This document shows positions 26,676-35,645 of a DNA stretch of 64,000 nucleotides, one piece after another; position 1 is the first letter of the stretch; each line of letters opens with the position of its first letter. Source of the DNA: Bacillota bacterium. GTDB lineage: Bacteria > Bacillota > Limnochordia > Darwinibacteriales > JAAYFS01. The notes below the pieces were generated by a model. That model had not been told where the DNA came from and searched no databases. It was given only the letters and a program-made list of their open reading frames with translations. The stretch spans positions 1,280 through 65,279 of the forward strand of contig JAAYFS010000036.1 in NCBI GenBank assembly GCA_012728115.1, in the 5' to 3' direction. A program made the position numbers and the translations under genes.

Positions 26676-27104
26676 ATGGAGACAATTTGCCGAATCCTCA
26701 CCAAAGAAGAATTTAACTCAGCATTATCAATTCGTTTAAAGGTTTTTGTTGACGAACAAAATGTTCCTCTCGAAGAAGAACGCGATCATTATGATGATTC
26801 CGCTATTCACTTTGGCGCTTTTGTAAGTGACACAATGGTAGCCACAGGCCGTTTAATAATCCTTGACGATAACACAGGAAAAATCGGTCGTATGGCGGTT
26901 CTGAGAGAATACCGTGGTTTAGGTATTGGACTTACCTTACTTAATTCACTTATCCACGAATGTCGGCGCCTAGGCTTAAAAGAGGCTATCTTAAGTGCCC
27001 AGCTCCAAGCAATTCCGTTCTATGAAAAAGCAGGTTTTACAGCTCATGTAGGAATCTACGATGATGCAGGTATCCCTCATCGAACCATGACCTTGTGTCT
27101 CTAA
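26676..27104 (+). CDS. GNAT-family N-acetyltransferase.
   Basis: 142 aa. Acetyl-CoA motif A RMAVLREYRGLGIGLTLL. Confidence 0.7.
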   Translation: METICRILTKEEFNSALSIRLKVFVDEQNVPLEEERDHYDDSAIHFGAFVSDTMVATGRLIILDDNTGKIGRMAVLREYRGLGIGLTLLNSLIHECRRLGLKEAILSAQLQAIPFYEKAGFTAHVGIYDDAGIPHRTMTLCL

Positions 27105-27874
27105 TTCCGTTTTAAGATCAATAAATCGATCGCAATTAGCGTTAAAAAGGCAACTACTGCAGGCAAGACTGATTGTAACGCCCAAGTAGAATCAAACGCT
27201 CGGATGGAGCCAAGAATTAATCCAGCGAGGACTGCTTTGGTTCCATTCGGATAATTTTTTAATAGCAGGCTAAGTAAATGAGCCAAAGCTAATAACCCAA
27301 CCAATGCCCCAATTCCGAATGGGAGTAGAATCCCAAGATTGAGGTCTTGAACAGCTTCTAAGATTAATTCATAACTATTAAATATAATTAAAACGGTTGT
27401 ACCACTTATTCCAGGGATCAACATCGCAGCACTCGCAATTGCACCCACAAAGACTAGGGTAATTGCTTGAGGAGCTTGAAACGAACTATTAAAGTCGGAG
27501 ATGATATCCGAAAACATAAACATGATTAGGAAGCTGAGAAAGAAAATAATCCATACTTCCCGCCTTGCTTTTGCATCTTGTACTCCTTTAATAATGATCA
27601 TGGCGGATGCTAAGATAAAGCCAAGAATAGCACCGTTTGCTTCGAGCGGATAGGTATCGAGGAAATATGTCACTATCGATGAGCCAAGGTAGATACTCAA
27701 GCAAAGGCTAAGAATAAATGGTAGTAATTTTTTTAGCTTTACCCTTTTTATCGCATCGATCAACTCGTTATAAATACCTAGAATTAATGCCATATTACTA
27801 CCACTAATTCCAGGAACTAAATTAATAAATCCGATCGGTATTCCATAGAGTAGCCATTGAATAAAAGTCTTCAT
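27101..27874 (-). CDS. DUF368-family membrane protein (PopT-like putative undecaprenyl-phosphate translocase).
   Basis: Characteristic duplicated PGISGS motif (NLVPGISGSNMALILG ... MLIPGISGTTVLIIF). Start likely MKTFIQ at ~27874. Confidence 0.65.
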   Translation of the reverse strand: MKTFIQWLLYGIPIGFINLVPGISGSNMALILGIYNELIDAIKRVKLKKLLPFILSLCLSIYLGSSIVTYFLDTYPLEANGAILGFILASAMIIIKGVQDAKARREVWIIFFLSFLIMFMFSDIISDFNSSFQAPQAITLVFVGAIASAAMLIPGISGTTVLIIFNSYELILEAVQDLNLGILLPFGIGALVGLLALAHLLSLLLKNYPNGTKAVLAGLILGSIRAFDSTWALQSVLPAVVAFLTLIAIDLLILKRN

Positions 27875-27920
27875 TTTTGCGTGGCTCCTTTTGCTAAAAT
27901 GCTGTATTTTGGAGGTCATT

Positions 27921-28721
27921 ATGAAGCGTCTAATAATAGGCACGTTTCTTATTCTCTTAATCCTGATTGTCCCTTATGAGACGGGATATGCTAAATCGAT
28001 TCAAACACAAATACCTTCGTTTACTGAGTTAGGACGTTATGTGCTAGCAAGTAAAACTTTAACTAGCTCTTTTATTCAATCACTTTCAGAACGAGATGGT
28101 CTAAAATTAGAGAAGTTACTACATTCTTCCCTACCTACGGAAGGAACTCTAAACAACCTTTTAGATATTCCCTGGTTTATTGAGAAATTCCTGTATGAAG
28201 AAAAAGAACTTCATATTTTTGATGATACAATTCGAATCAAGGTGGCACTTACGCCAATTGTTAATCCAGTTATTATAGAACACTATTCCTATTACGATCT
28301 CGAACTAGCATGGGTTATCGAAGGCACAGAATTAGTCATATCAAACTTAGCTTTGCAGCCTGTTTTGGAAAGCGACATTAACTTGGATCCACAAATCGCT
28401 CAAAATATCGAGAAAGCCTTAAAAAATTGGCTCTCCGTTCTAATTAAGAATGTCAATGAGGAAAACAAAGAACTACTTGCAGCAAGTTTTGTAGAACCGA
28501 ATGAGAGAAGCTCTCTTATTTTAGATTTCTTTGAGTCGTTCAATCCGATCACGGAATTTAAACTCTTAAGATATAGGTTGGCCGATGAAATAGAAGTTGA
28601 GCTGAATTTTTATGCTAGAGACGATATTATTGTGAGAACTCGGTTATACATAATTCCCACTGGATCAAATTGGATGATTAAGGATTTAATAGCATTCCCT
28701 CTCTGGAAAGTAAAACATTAA
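27921..28721 (+). CDS. Secreted hypothetical protein (signal peptide).
   Basis: MKRLIIGTFLILLILIV signal-like N-terminus. No recognised domain. Confidence 0.45.
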   Translation: MKRLIIGTFLILLILIVPYETGYAKSIQTQIPSFTELGRYVLASKTLTSSFIQSLSERDGLKLEKLLHSSLPTEGTLNNLLDIPWFIEKFLYEEKELHIFDDTIRIKVALTPIVNPVIIEHYSYYDLELAWVIEGTELVISNLALQPVLESDINLDPQIAQNIEKALKNWLSVLIKNVNEENKELLAASFVEPNERSSLILDFFESFNPITEFKLLRYRLADEIEVELNFYARDDIIVRTRLYIIPTGSNWMIKDLIAFPLWKVKH

Positions 28722-28755
28722 GAACACCCTATTATGTTTTCTAAATAGGGTGTTC
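28722..28755. terminator. Bidirectional terminator between convergent genes.
   Basis: GAACACCCTAT-loop-ATAGGGTGTTC 11-bp perfect stem. Confidence 0.55.
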
Positions 28756-28782
28756 TTCGTAACATATGTTCTAAAAAATATT

Positions 28783-29493
28783 CTAGAAATGAAGTCCAGC
28801 TCCGATAAAGACACCGCTAAAGCGATGAGAATAGGCTTCTTCTGCTTTTAGATTCTCTGTTCTATAACCAGCCTTAGCTACCAAGAACGGAATCTTGTAC
28901 TCTATCCCGACTTCAAAACTCGATAGTTGAGCATTTTCTGCATCTAAATTTTCTTTATAAGTACTAGTTAATATAGGGGCAAATTCGTACAACCCATATG
29001 CTCTCAAGCCTCTTGCAATTTCAACGCCAAGCCCAGCTTCATATGTTAATCCTTGAAATAGTCCAAAGGAAAAATTGTCGTTATTTTGATGAACGAATCC
29101 AGTGTATTTATATCCTACACCACCGATTACCGAACCTCTAAAAGGTATTGGCCAATCTACTCGAACCTTCCCACCTAGATCTGCGATGACATAACGCTGT
29201 CCCTCTAATTCAGCTGGGTCTTCTATATCCTCAATATTTTTCCGAATTAAGTCCCAAACCAAACTGATTCCATCGTCATTTCCTGCAAATTGAGCATCAG
29301 ACACTACAGAAAATGGTCCAACTTTAAATAAGCGAAACTGACCCCCATACACATTTTTCAACTCAATGTTATCGAAAGGAACTTCAAATTTATGTACTCT
29401 TACCATCTCGCCAGTCAAACCAAAGGCCAATGCTGGAGAAGAAATAAAAAGGATTGAACATAACATAACTGCTAAAATTGTGTTTCGTTTCAT
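28783..29493 (-). CDS. Outer-membrane beta-barrel protein (OmpW/PF13505-like).
   Basis: Signal peptide with AXA site (SSPALA-FG), amphipathic alternating beta-strand pattern throughout, C-terminal strand ending in Phe (FSGVFIGAGLHF), the OMP sorting signature. Confidence 0.55.
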   Translation of the reverse strand: MKRNTILAVMLCSILFISSPALAFGLTGEMVRVHKFEVPFDNIELKNVYGGQFRLFKVGPFSVVSDAQFAGNDDGISLVWDLIRKNIEDIEDPAELEGQRYVIADLGGKVRVDWPIPFRGSVIGGVGYKYTGFVHQNNDNFSFGLFQGLTYEAGLGVEIARGLRAYGLYEFAPILTSTYKENLDAENAQLSSFEVGIEYKIPFLVAKAGYRTENLKAEEAYSHRFSGVFIGAGLHF

Positions 29494-29554
29494 TATTAAA
29501 TCACTGCACCTTTCCTTTGTACTTTAAAACTATCGACTCTATTATCTTTTATTC

Positions 29555-30064
29555 TCACAAGTTCACTCTTTTCCTGTTAAAAAAGGTAAATTTGGCTAGG
29601 ACTGAAGATGGTAAAAATCTCCCAGCATGTATTCTATTTAGAACCCAGACAAGCGCATAAGCAATAACAAGCCGCGGAAGTAGGAGAATCCAGATTGGAA
29701 TTCCTACTCTCCAGAACAATAAAGTATCTTCAATTAACGCATGTGCTAAAGCCATACTAGATCCAACTGCTCTTACTTCGTAGTCGGAGAGTTTGCCTTC
29801 CTTCACATAAGAGATGATTACTCCCGATCCATAGGTTAAACCAAAGATAAAGGCTACCAAGATCGGAAAAACGGCATTTTCACTTAATCCTAAGTGTTTT
29901 AATGGTGGATGTAGTTTGTGAGACCATTTATCTAGGATAGAATTATCTTTAGCAATTTCTAAAACTATAATAATTGGAATTACTATGATAGCTAAACTCC
30001 AAACATTACTTATTCCGTTAAGTAAACCCTCCCAAAGAGTTGCAAAAATACTCAAAATAGCCAC
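29555..30064 (-). CDS. Nucleoside-recognition (Gate) domain membrane protein, SpmB/YjiG-like.
   Basis: Hydrophobic. Pairs with the upstream Gate-domain ORF as in spmA/spmB or yjiH/yjiG. Probable GTG/TTG start near 30064 (the tool's 30130 start overlaps the upstream gene by 79 nt). Confidence 0.5.
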   Translation of the reverse strand: MAILSIFATLWEGLLNGISNVWSLAIIVIPIIIVLEIAKDNSILDKWSHKLHPPLKHLGLSENAVFPILVAFIFGLTYGSGVIISYVKEGKLSDYEVRAVGSSMALAHALIEDTLLFWRVGIPIWILLLPRLVIAYALVWVLNRIHAGRFLPSSVLAKFTFFNRKRVNL

Positions 30065-30477
30065 CCCCCGAGTATTCCAACTAGAAGTGAAGGAATTAAG
30101 CGGACCAGAAGTACATAAAACAGAGAGCAACCCGCTTTCTTACTGATCGCTAACTCCATAAAGAGAGAATGACTTAACATTAACATAACCCCGATAATCA
30201 TTAGTTCTTTTAAAGTCAAAGAAAGAGTGAGAATCACACCGATGGCAGCGTAAAGATTAATGAAATAACCACTGAATAAAGCCAGCGCAGCCTTACCGGA
30301 AAGACCAAAGACGCGCATTAGGGGAGCTGCAAAATCAGCGAGAAACTCTAGTGCTCCACTTTTCCCTAGAATCGTCACAACTATCGACACGGGGATGATA
30401 ATTTTTGCTAGGTCGAATGTTGTAAGTAACCCTTTCAACATTCCAGCATACAATGTTTCTTTTTTGACTTGGATCAT
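30052..30477 (-). CDS. Nucleoside-recognition (Gate) domain membrane protein, SpmA/YjiH-like.
   Basis: 141 aa, Gate-domain-like (GKSGALEFLADFAAPLMRVFGLSGKAALALFSG). Confidence 0.5.
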   Translation of the reverse strand: MIQVKKETLYAGMLKGLLTTFDLAKIIIPVSIVVTILGKSGALEFLADFAAPLMRVFGLSGKAALALFSGYFINLYAAIGVILTLSLTLKELMIIGVMLMLSHSLFMELAISKKAGCSLFYVLLVRLIPSLLVGILGGWLF

Positions 30478-31400
30478 CCCAATTCTCCTTCTTTACAATA
30501 CTTTAGAATATCAGCCATATCACCAGGTAATGGAACCGAAATGTTTACTGTCCGACCTGTTCGGGGATGCCTAAATGAAAGTGACCATGCATGAAGCGCT
30601 TGTCTATTGATCAAACTTGAGGGTTTTGAATAAATCGGATCAGCTAAAATCGGATATCCGAGCCAGGCAAGGTGCACTCTGATCTGATGAGTTCTTCCAC
30701 TAAACAACTGAAGCTTGGCTAAGGTGAGTTTATGTTCCTTGTCATGATAATAGGTTCTAATTACCTCATACTTTGTTTTGGCTGGTTTACCATCAGCGTC
30801 CACTACTCGTTTAAGGCCGTGATCTTCGTCGTTCTCAGCCCTCTTAATCGGTTGGTCAATCACCCCACTGTGATGCTCTATATGTCCTTCACAAATCGCC
30901 AAGTATTTACGCGTTAAATCATTTCTCCGCAATTGTTGCACCAGTTTATGGAAGGCATAGGGCTCTTTAGCAACTAAGATCGCACCAGATGTTTCTCGAT
31001 CGAGCCGGTGGACAAGGCGGATTTTGCGCTTAAGTCCCTGTTTTTGCCAATAATATGCTAAAGCATTCGCTAATGTACCGCTTTGGTATGATCCTGTCGG
31101 GTGGACCGCCATATTTGGTGGCTTGTTCACAACAACCAGAGAATCATCTTCCCAAAGAATATCAAGTTCAATATCTTCTGCGGGTAAATCGGTTGCGGAA
31201 TCGTGAAAATAAATAGAAATTACATCGTTTTCTTTTACTCGTTGAGTAACAAAGGCGCGGGTGCCGTTAAGAAATACCCCACCCCCTTGTTTCATTCTTC
31301 TTAATAACCCCCTACTAAGTTTCAGACGGCGGTAGATTATTTCTTTTATCATTAAACCAGCGTCTTCAGCTGAAACATGGACGATCAGATCTTCAGTCAA
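30474..31400 (-). CDS. rluD: RluA-family 23S rRNA pseudouridine synthase (RluD-like) with N-terminal S4 domain.
   Basis: HRLDRETSGAILVAK catalytic-Asp motif and an S4-like N-terminus. True start TTG at ~31400 preceded by GGAGG. The ORF's longer N-terminal extension overlaps znuB and is rejected. Confidence 0.75.
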   Translation of the reverse strand: MTEDLIVHVSAEDAGLMIKEIIYRRLKLSRGLLRRMKQGGGVFLNGTRAFVTQRVKENDVISIYFHDSATDLPAEDIELDILWEDDSLVVVNKPPNMAVHPTGSYQSGTLANALAYYWQKQGLKRKIRLVHRLDRETSGAILVAKEPYAFHKLVQQLRRNDLTRKYLAICEGHIEHHSGVIDQPIKRAENDEDHGLKRVVDADGKPAKTKYEVIRTYYHDKEHKLTLAKLQLFSGRTHQIRVHLAWLGYPILADPIYSKPSSLINRQALHAWSLSFRHPRTGRTVNISVPLPGDMADILKYCKEGELG

Positions 31401-31405
31401 TTGAG

Positions 31406-32224
31406 CTACCTCCGCATTTTTGATATTGCTAAGCCAATCGCAAATTGAATTGTAGCTACTAATACCACTGTTGCACCAGGAGGTGCAGCAAAATGAAACG
31501 AGATAATAATACCAATAAAGGATGCAAATAATCCTAAAATACCAGCGAGGATCATCATATGGGATAGTTTTTTCGTAAAAAGCGATGCTGTAGCAGCTGG
31601 GGTAATCATCAAAGCGACGACCAAAATCATTCCCACCGCTTGAATAGCTACGACTATTGAAACTGCTGTTAGAATCATTAACAACAAATCTAACCATGTT
31701 ACTGGCAGTCCAGCGGCTTCCGCTCCTGTTGGATCAAATACGGAAAAGACTAGATGTTCAAAAGTAATAGAAACTATCAAGCCTACAAAAAGAACCGTCC
31801 CTCCGATTAAGTAAACCTCCTGTGGTCTAATGGCTAGGACTGAACCTAGCAGCAACGAGGAAAGATCGCCTGCGAAATTGGGCATTGCAGACAAAAGGAT
31901 CACACCTAAAGCGAACGCACCTGTAAAAAGAATTGCTAAGGCGGTATCATTACGCACCTTGCTCGTACGATTCAAAAACGTAACACCGACCGCGGTAAAA
32001 ATAGCGAGAATTATCGCTCCTAGATAAAGATTAAGACCTAGAAGAAGGGCAATCGCAATGCCAGCAAACGATGTATGAGCGATGGCATCGCCAATGAAAG
32101 CCAAACCTTTCAAAACAAGGAATGAGCCGATGATCGCCGATAATAGAGAAACCAAAGTAGTTCCAACTAAAGCTCTTGTCATAAACCCGTATTGAAAAGG
32201 TTCGATAAAGAAATCAATGTTCAT
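31406..32224 (-). CDS. znuB: Metal (Zn/Mn) ABC transporter permease.
   Basis: 272 aa, 8 TM, ZnuB/MntB-family ABC-3 permease pattern. Confidence 0.75.
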   Translation of the reverse strand: MNIDFFIEPFQYGFMTRALVGTTLVSLLSAIIGSFLVLKGLAFIGDAIAHTSFAGIAIALLLGLNLYLGAIILAIFTAVGVTFLNRTSKVRNDTALAILFTGAFALGVILLSAMPNFAGDLSSLLLGSVLAIRPQEVYLIGGTVLFVGLIVSITFEHLVFSVFDPTGAEAAGLPVTWLDLLLMILTAVSIVVAIQAVGMILVVALMITPAATASLFTKKLSHMMILAGILGLFASFIGIIISFHFAAPPGATVVLVATIQFAIGLAISKMRR

Positions 32225-32981
32225 GAATGGTGACCTCCCCAGAGGAACTGATGGTTGGGAAATGCTTAGAAAAGAGCCTTGTTAATATATCAGACTTAAG
32301 TACCTCATGAGGACAGCCTTGCATCACAACTTTTTGGTCCAAAGCGAGCACCACATCAAAGTTTTCAGCAAGACAGTTTAAGTCATGAGTAGTAATCACT
32401 AACGTTCGACCTTGATTACGAAGTTTGATAAATAACTCTAGTAGTTCGTGTTGAGCAAGTGCATCGAGTCCAGTGGCTGGTTCATCGAGGATGATTAAAC
32501 TAGCCTCTTGAGCAATTGCTCGCGCTAAAAAAGTTCTCTGTTTCTGCCCTCCTGAAAGAGTCGCTATTTGTTTTGATGCTAAATCTTCAATTCCAACTGA
32601 AACAAGTGCTTCGTATGCTTTTTCTCGGTCAAGTTTGGTTGAGCGTTGCCAAACCTTTTTATGTACTAAACGCCCTTGAATTACAACATCTAGTACAGAG
32701 ATTGGAAACTGCCAATCTATCTCTTCCGTTTGTGGTAGGTATGAAACCATTGGCCTAGCTTTTTCTGGTGACTTGTCAAACATCAAAATCTTCCCTGAAA
32801 ATGGATGAACTATCCCTACTAATGATTTAAGGAGGGTTGATTTTCCACCACCATTAGGTCCAATAATGGCTGCCATTTGACCTTTTTTGACTTCCCAATT
32901 TATGTTTTCTAGCACAGTTTTAGATTCGTATTTCACGGAAATGGAATCTATTTTAATAACAAGATCCTTGGTTTCTGTCAC
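32214..32981 (-). CDS. znuC: Metal ABC transporter ATP-binding protein.
   Basis: Walker A GPNGGGKST, signature LSGGQKQR, Walker B LIILDEP. Confidence 0.8.
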   Translation of the reverse strand: MTETKDLVIKIDSISVKYESKTVLENINWEVKKGQMAAIIGPNGGGKSTLLKSLVGIVHPFSGKILMFDKSPEKARPMVSYLPQTEEIDWQFPISVLDVVIQGRLVHKKVWQRSTKLDREKAYEALVSVGIEDLASKQIATLSGGQKQRTFLARAIAQEASLIILDEPATGLDALAQHELLELFIKLRNQGRTLVITTHDLNCLAENFDVVLALDQKVVMQGCPHEVLKSDILTRLFSKHFPTISSSGEVTIHEH

Positions 32982-33139
32982 TTCAAATCCCCCATCCTGA
33001 CAGATTCTTACATCAGTTTATCACTTTTAGGATCGCACTGCAATCAAGTCGAAACTTTATCTGGTGACATTATGGTAGTATTTCCATTTAATTTTTGATA
33101 AACTTTGTATAAAAGGAATATAAGAAAGGAGTCGGTTCA

Positions 33140-34255
33140 ATGACTGACCCACGGATCATGACCTTGGCAAAGAATTTAGTCAATTATTCGTGTAATGTTC
33201 AGAAAGGCGAAAAGGTACTAATTGAGAATTTTGGTTTGACCAAAGAACTTGTACTTGCCTTGATCGATGAGGTGTATGCTGCAGGTGGATATCCTTTTGT
33301 TAGTCTTCAGGATTATCGAATCAATCGAAGTCTGATATGGAATGCATCAAAGGAGCAATTCGATCTAATGGCCAGCTATGAAGCTGCTAGGATGAAAGAA
33401 ATGGATGCCTACATCGGGATTCGAGCTGGTGATAATGTAAATGAGCTATCTGATGTTCCTGCGAACCAAATGCAAATGTTCGCCAAATATGTTAACCATC
33501 CAGTCCATACGGAGATTCGGATTCCTCATACTAAATGGGTGGTATTGCGCTATCCAACACCTTCAATGGCTCAGTTAGCCAACATGAGTACAGCAGCTTT
33601 TGAAGATTTTTACTTCGATGTCTGCAACCTTGACTATGCAAAGATGTCAAAAGCGATGGATGCTTTGGTTGCCCTAATGGACAAAACTGATGAAGTGCAT
33701 ATCGTTGGATCAGGAACTGACCTTAAGTTCTCGATCAAAGATATTCCTACGATTAAATCTGCTGGAAACCATAACATTCCAGATGGTGAAGTGTTTACAG
33801 CACCTGTTCGTGACTCAGTAAACGGCAAAATTAGCTATAATGCTCCTTCACCCTATCAAGGCTTTACGTTTAGGGATGTCGTCTTTGAATTTAAGGACGG
33901 AAAAATAGTATCTGCAACTGCTAATGATACTAAAAGAATTAATGAAATCTTAGACAGTGATGAGGGTGCCCGCTACATAGGAGAATTTGCGATCGGTGTC
34001 AATCCGTATATCAACCATCCAATGAACGATATTCTTTTTGATGAGAAAATCGCGGGCAGTTTCCATTTTACCCCTGGTCAATGTTACAAAAATGCTTTTA
34101 ATGGAAACAATTCCTCTATACACTGGGACTTAGTCGCTATCCAGACTAAAGAATACGGTGGCGGAGAAATGTATTTTGATGGTGTATTAGTTCGCAAAGA
34201 AGGAATCTTTGTTTTAGATGAACTTCAAGCGCTAAATCCAGATGCTTTAAAATAG
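33140..34255 (+). CDS. Aminopeptidase, M29 (AmpS/PepS thermophilic metalloprotease) family.
   Basis: 371 aa. M29-typical N-terminal MTDPRIMTLAKNLVNYSCNVQKGEKVLI and metal-binding E/H/D set in the C-terminal half. Confidence 0.75.
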   Translation: MTDPRIMTLAKNLVNYSCNVQKGEKVLIENFGLTKELVLALIDEVYAAGGYPFVSLQDYRINRSLIWNASKEQFDLMASYEAARMKEMDAYIGIRAGDNVNELSDVPANQMQMFAKYVNHPVHTEIRIPHTKWVVLRYPTPSMAQLANMSTAAFEDFYFDVCNLDYAKMSKAMDALVALMDKTDEVHIVGSGTDLKFSIKDIPTIKSAGNHNIPDGEVFTAPVRDSVNGKISYNAPSPYQGFTFRDVVFEFKDGKIVSATANDTKRINEILDSDEGARYIGEFAIGVNPYINHPMNDILFDEKIAGSFHFTPGQCYKNAFNGNNSSIHWDLVAIQTKEYGGGEMYFDGVLVRKEGIFVLDELQALNPDALK

Positions 34256-34274
34256 CTAAGAAAAAGGGGCTAAA

Positions 34275-35645
34275 CTAACGCATTAGCCCCTTTTCTAGTT
34301 TCGCACGCAAATCCTCAAATCCAGGCTTACCTAGTAGCGCAAACATATTTCGCTTATATGCTTCAACACCAGGTTGGTTAAAAGGATTAACACCTAGTAA
34401 GTAGCCACTGATTCCGCAAGCCTTTTCGAAGAAATATACTAATGAACCAAAGTAGTATGGCGTCATTTGTGGAATGGTTACAACTAAATTCGGTACATTT
34501 CCATCAGAGTGGGCAAGTAAAGTACCCAAGAACGCCTTTTCATTTACAAAGTGCATCGTTTTGCCTGCAAGGTAATTCAAACCATCGAGATCGTTTGTTT
34601 CTTTCTCAAGCACGATATTTTTTTCAACCTTCTCCACAAACAAAACGGTTTCAAATAGTTGACGTAACCCTTCTTGAATGTATTGCCCCATGGAATGTAA
34701 ATCTGTACTAAAATCTACTGCTGCAGGAAAAATTCCCTTATTATCCTTACCTTCGCTCTCTCCAAATAGTTGTTTCCACCATTCAGCAAAATAGTGAAAG
34801 CTTGGTTCATAGTTTACAAGGATTTCAATCGTCTTTCCTTTGCGGTAGAGCAAGTTTCTAATTGTGGCATACTGATAACAAATGTTTTGCTCTAGATCAG
34901 GATTCAGATACTGTTGGTAACTTGCTTGTGCGCCACTCATTATTTCTTCAATATCGATACCTGCTACCGCCAAAGGTAATAAGCCAACGGCAGTTAAAAC
35001 AGAATATCTGCCCCCTACATCGTCAGGAATAACAAAGGTTTCATAGCCTTCGTTGGTCGCAAGGTCTCGCAACGCACCTTTTTCGCTGTCGGTTGTCGCA
35101 TAAATTCGCTTCTGGGCTTCCTCTACCCCGTACTTTTCTTCTAAGTATTTTTTAAGAATTCTGAATGCGATCGCTGGTTCGGTGGTGGTACCAGATTTGG
35201 AGATAACATTAACAGAGATATCTCTACCTTCAATTAGTTCAAGTAGGTCGGTTAAATAGGTTGAGCTAATATGGTTGCCTGCGAAAAAGATTTGGGGTGC
35301 AGTTCTTTTCTCCTTTGGTAAGAGGTTATGAAAAGAATGAGTCAACAGATCAATGCCAGCCTTCGCTCCTAAGTAAGAACCTCCTATGCCGATTACGATC
35401 AACACATCGCTAGTATCCTGGATTCTTTTGGCGCATTCTTTAATCCGTTGATACTCATTTCTATCGTAATTAATTGGTAGGTCCACCCAGCCTAAGAAAT
35501 CGCTACCAGCTCCACCTCCTTGATGCAGCTGATTATGAGCATTAAGAACATCTCTCTTTAAATAGCTAATTTCGTGGTTACCAATAAAATCAAGTGCGTT
35601 ACTAAAATCAAACTTTAGTGGTGTCATATTAACCCTCCTATTCAA
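34275..35645 (-). CDS. pgi: Glucose-6-phosphate isomerase (bacterial short type).
   Basis: 456 aa. SIS-domain motifs [14 protein letters not shown] and [11 protein letters not shown]. Confidence 0.9.
   Translation of the reverse strand: MNRRVNMTPLKFDFSNALDFIGNHEISYLKRDVLNAHNQLHQGGGAGSDFLGWVDLPINYDRNEYQRIKECAKRIQDTSDVLIVIGIGGSYLGAKAGIDLLTHSFHNLLPKEKRTAPQIFFAGNHISSTYLTDLLELIEGRDISVNVISKSGTTTEPAIAFRILKKYLEEKYGVEEAQKRIYATTDSEKGALRDLATNEGYETFVIPDDVGGRYSVLTAVGLLPLAVAGIDIEEIMSGAQASYQQYLNPDLEQNICYQYATIRNLLYRKGKTIEILVNYEPSFHYFAEWWKQLFGESEGKDNKGIFPAAVDFSTDLHSMGQYIQEGLRQLFETVLFVEKVEKNIVLEKETNDLDGLNYLAGKTMHFVNEKAFLGTLLAHSDGNVPNLVVTIPQMTPYYFGSLVYFFEKACGISGYLLGVNPFNQPGVEAYKRNMFALLGKPGFEDLRAKLEKGLMR

Noticed and set aside
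29555-30477. Possible frameshifted single Gate-domain gene (two ORFs overlapping by 79 nt).
   Set aside because: A GTG/TTG start with a G-rich SD exists at ~30064, giving only a 13-nt overlap. Both proteins look complete and match the known paired SpmA/SpmB or YjiH/YjiG arrangement.
31401-31697. Long N-terminal extension of the RluD-like ORF (tool start 31697).
   Set aside because: The extension overlaps the 3' end of znuB and has Cys/Tyr/Trp-rich nonsense composition. The conserved protein begins at a TTG (31400) with a GGAGG RBS, directly after the znuB stop.
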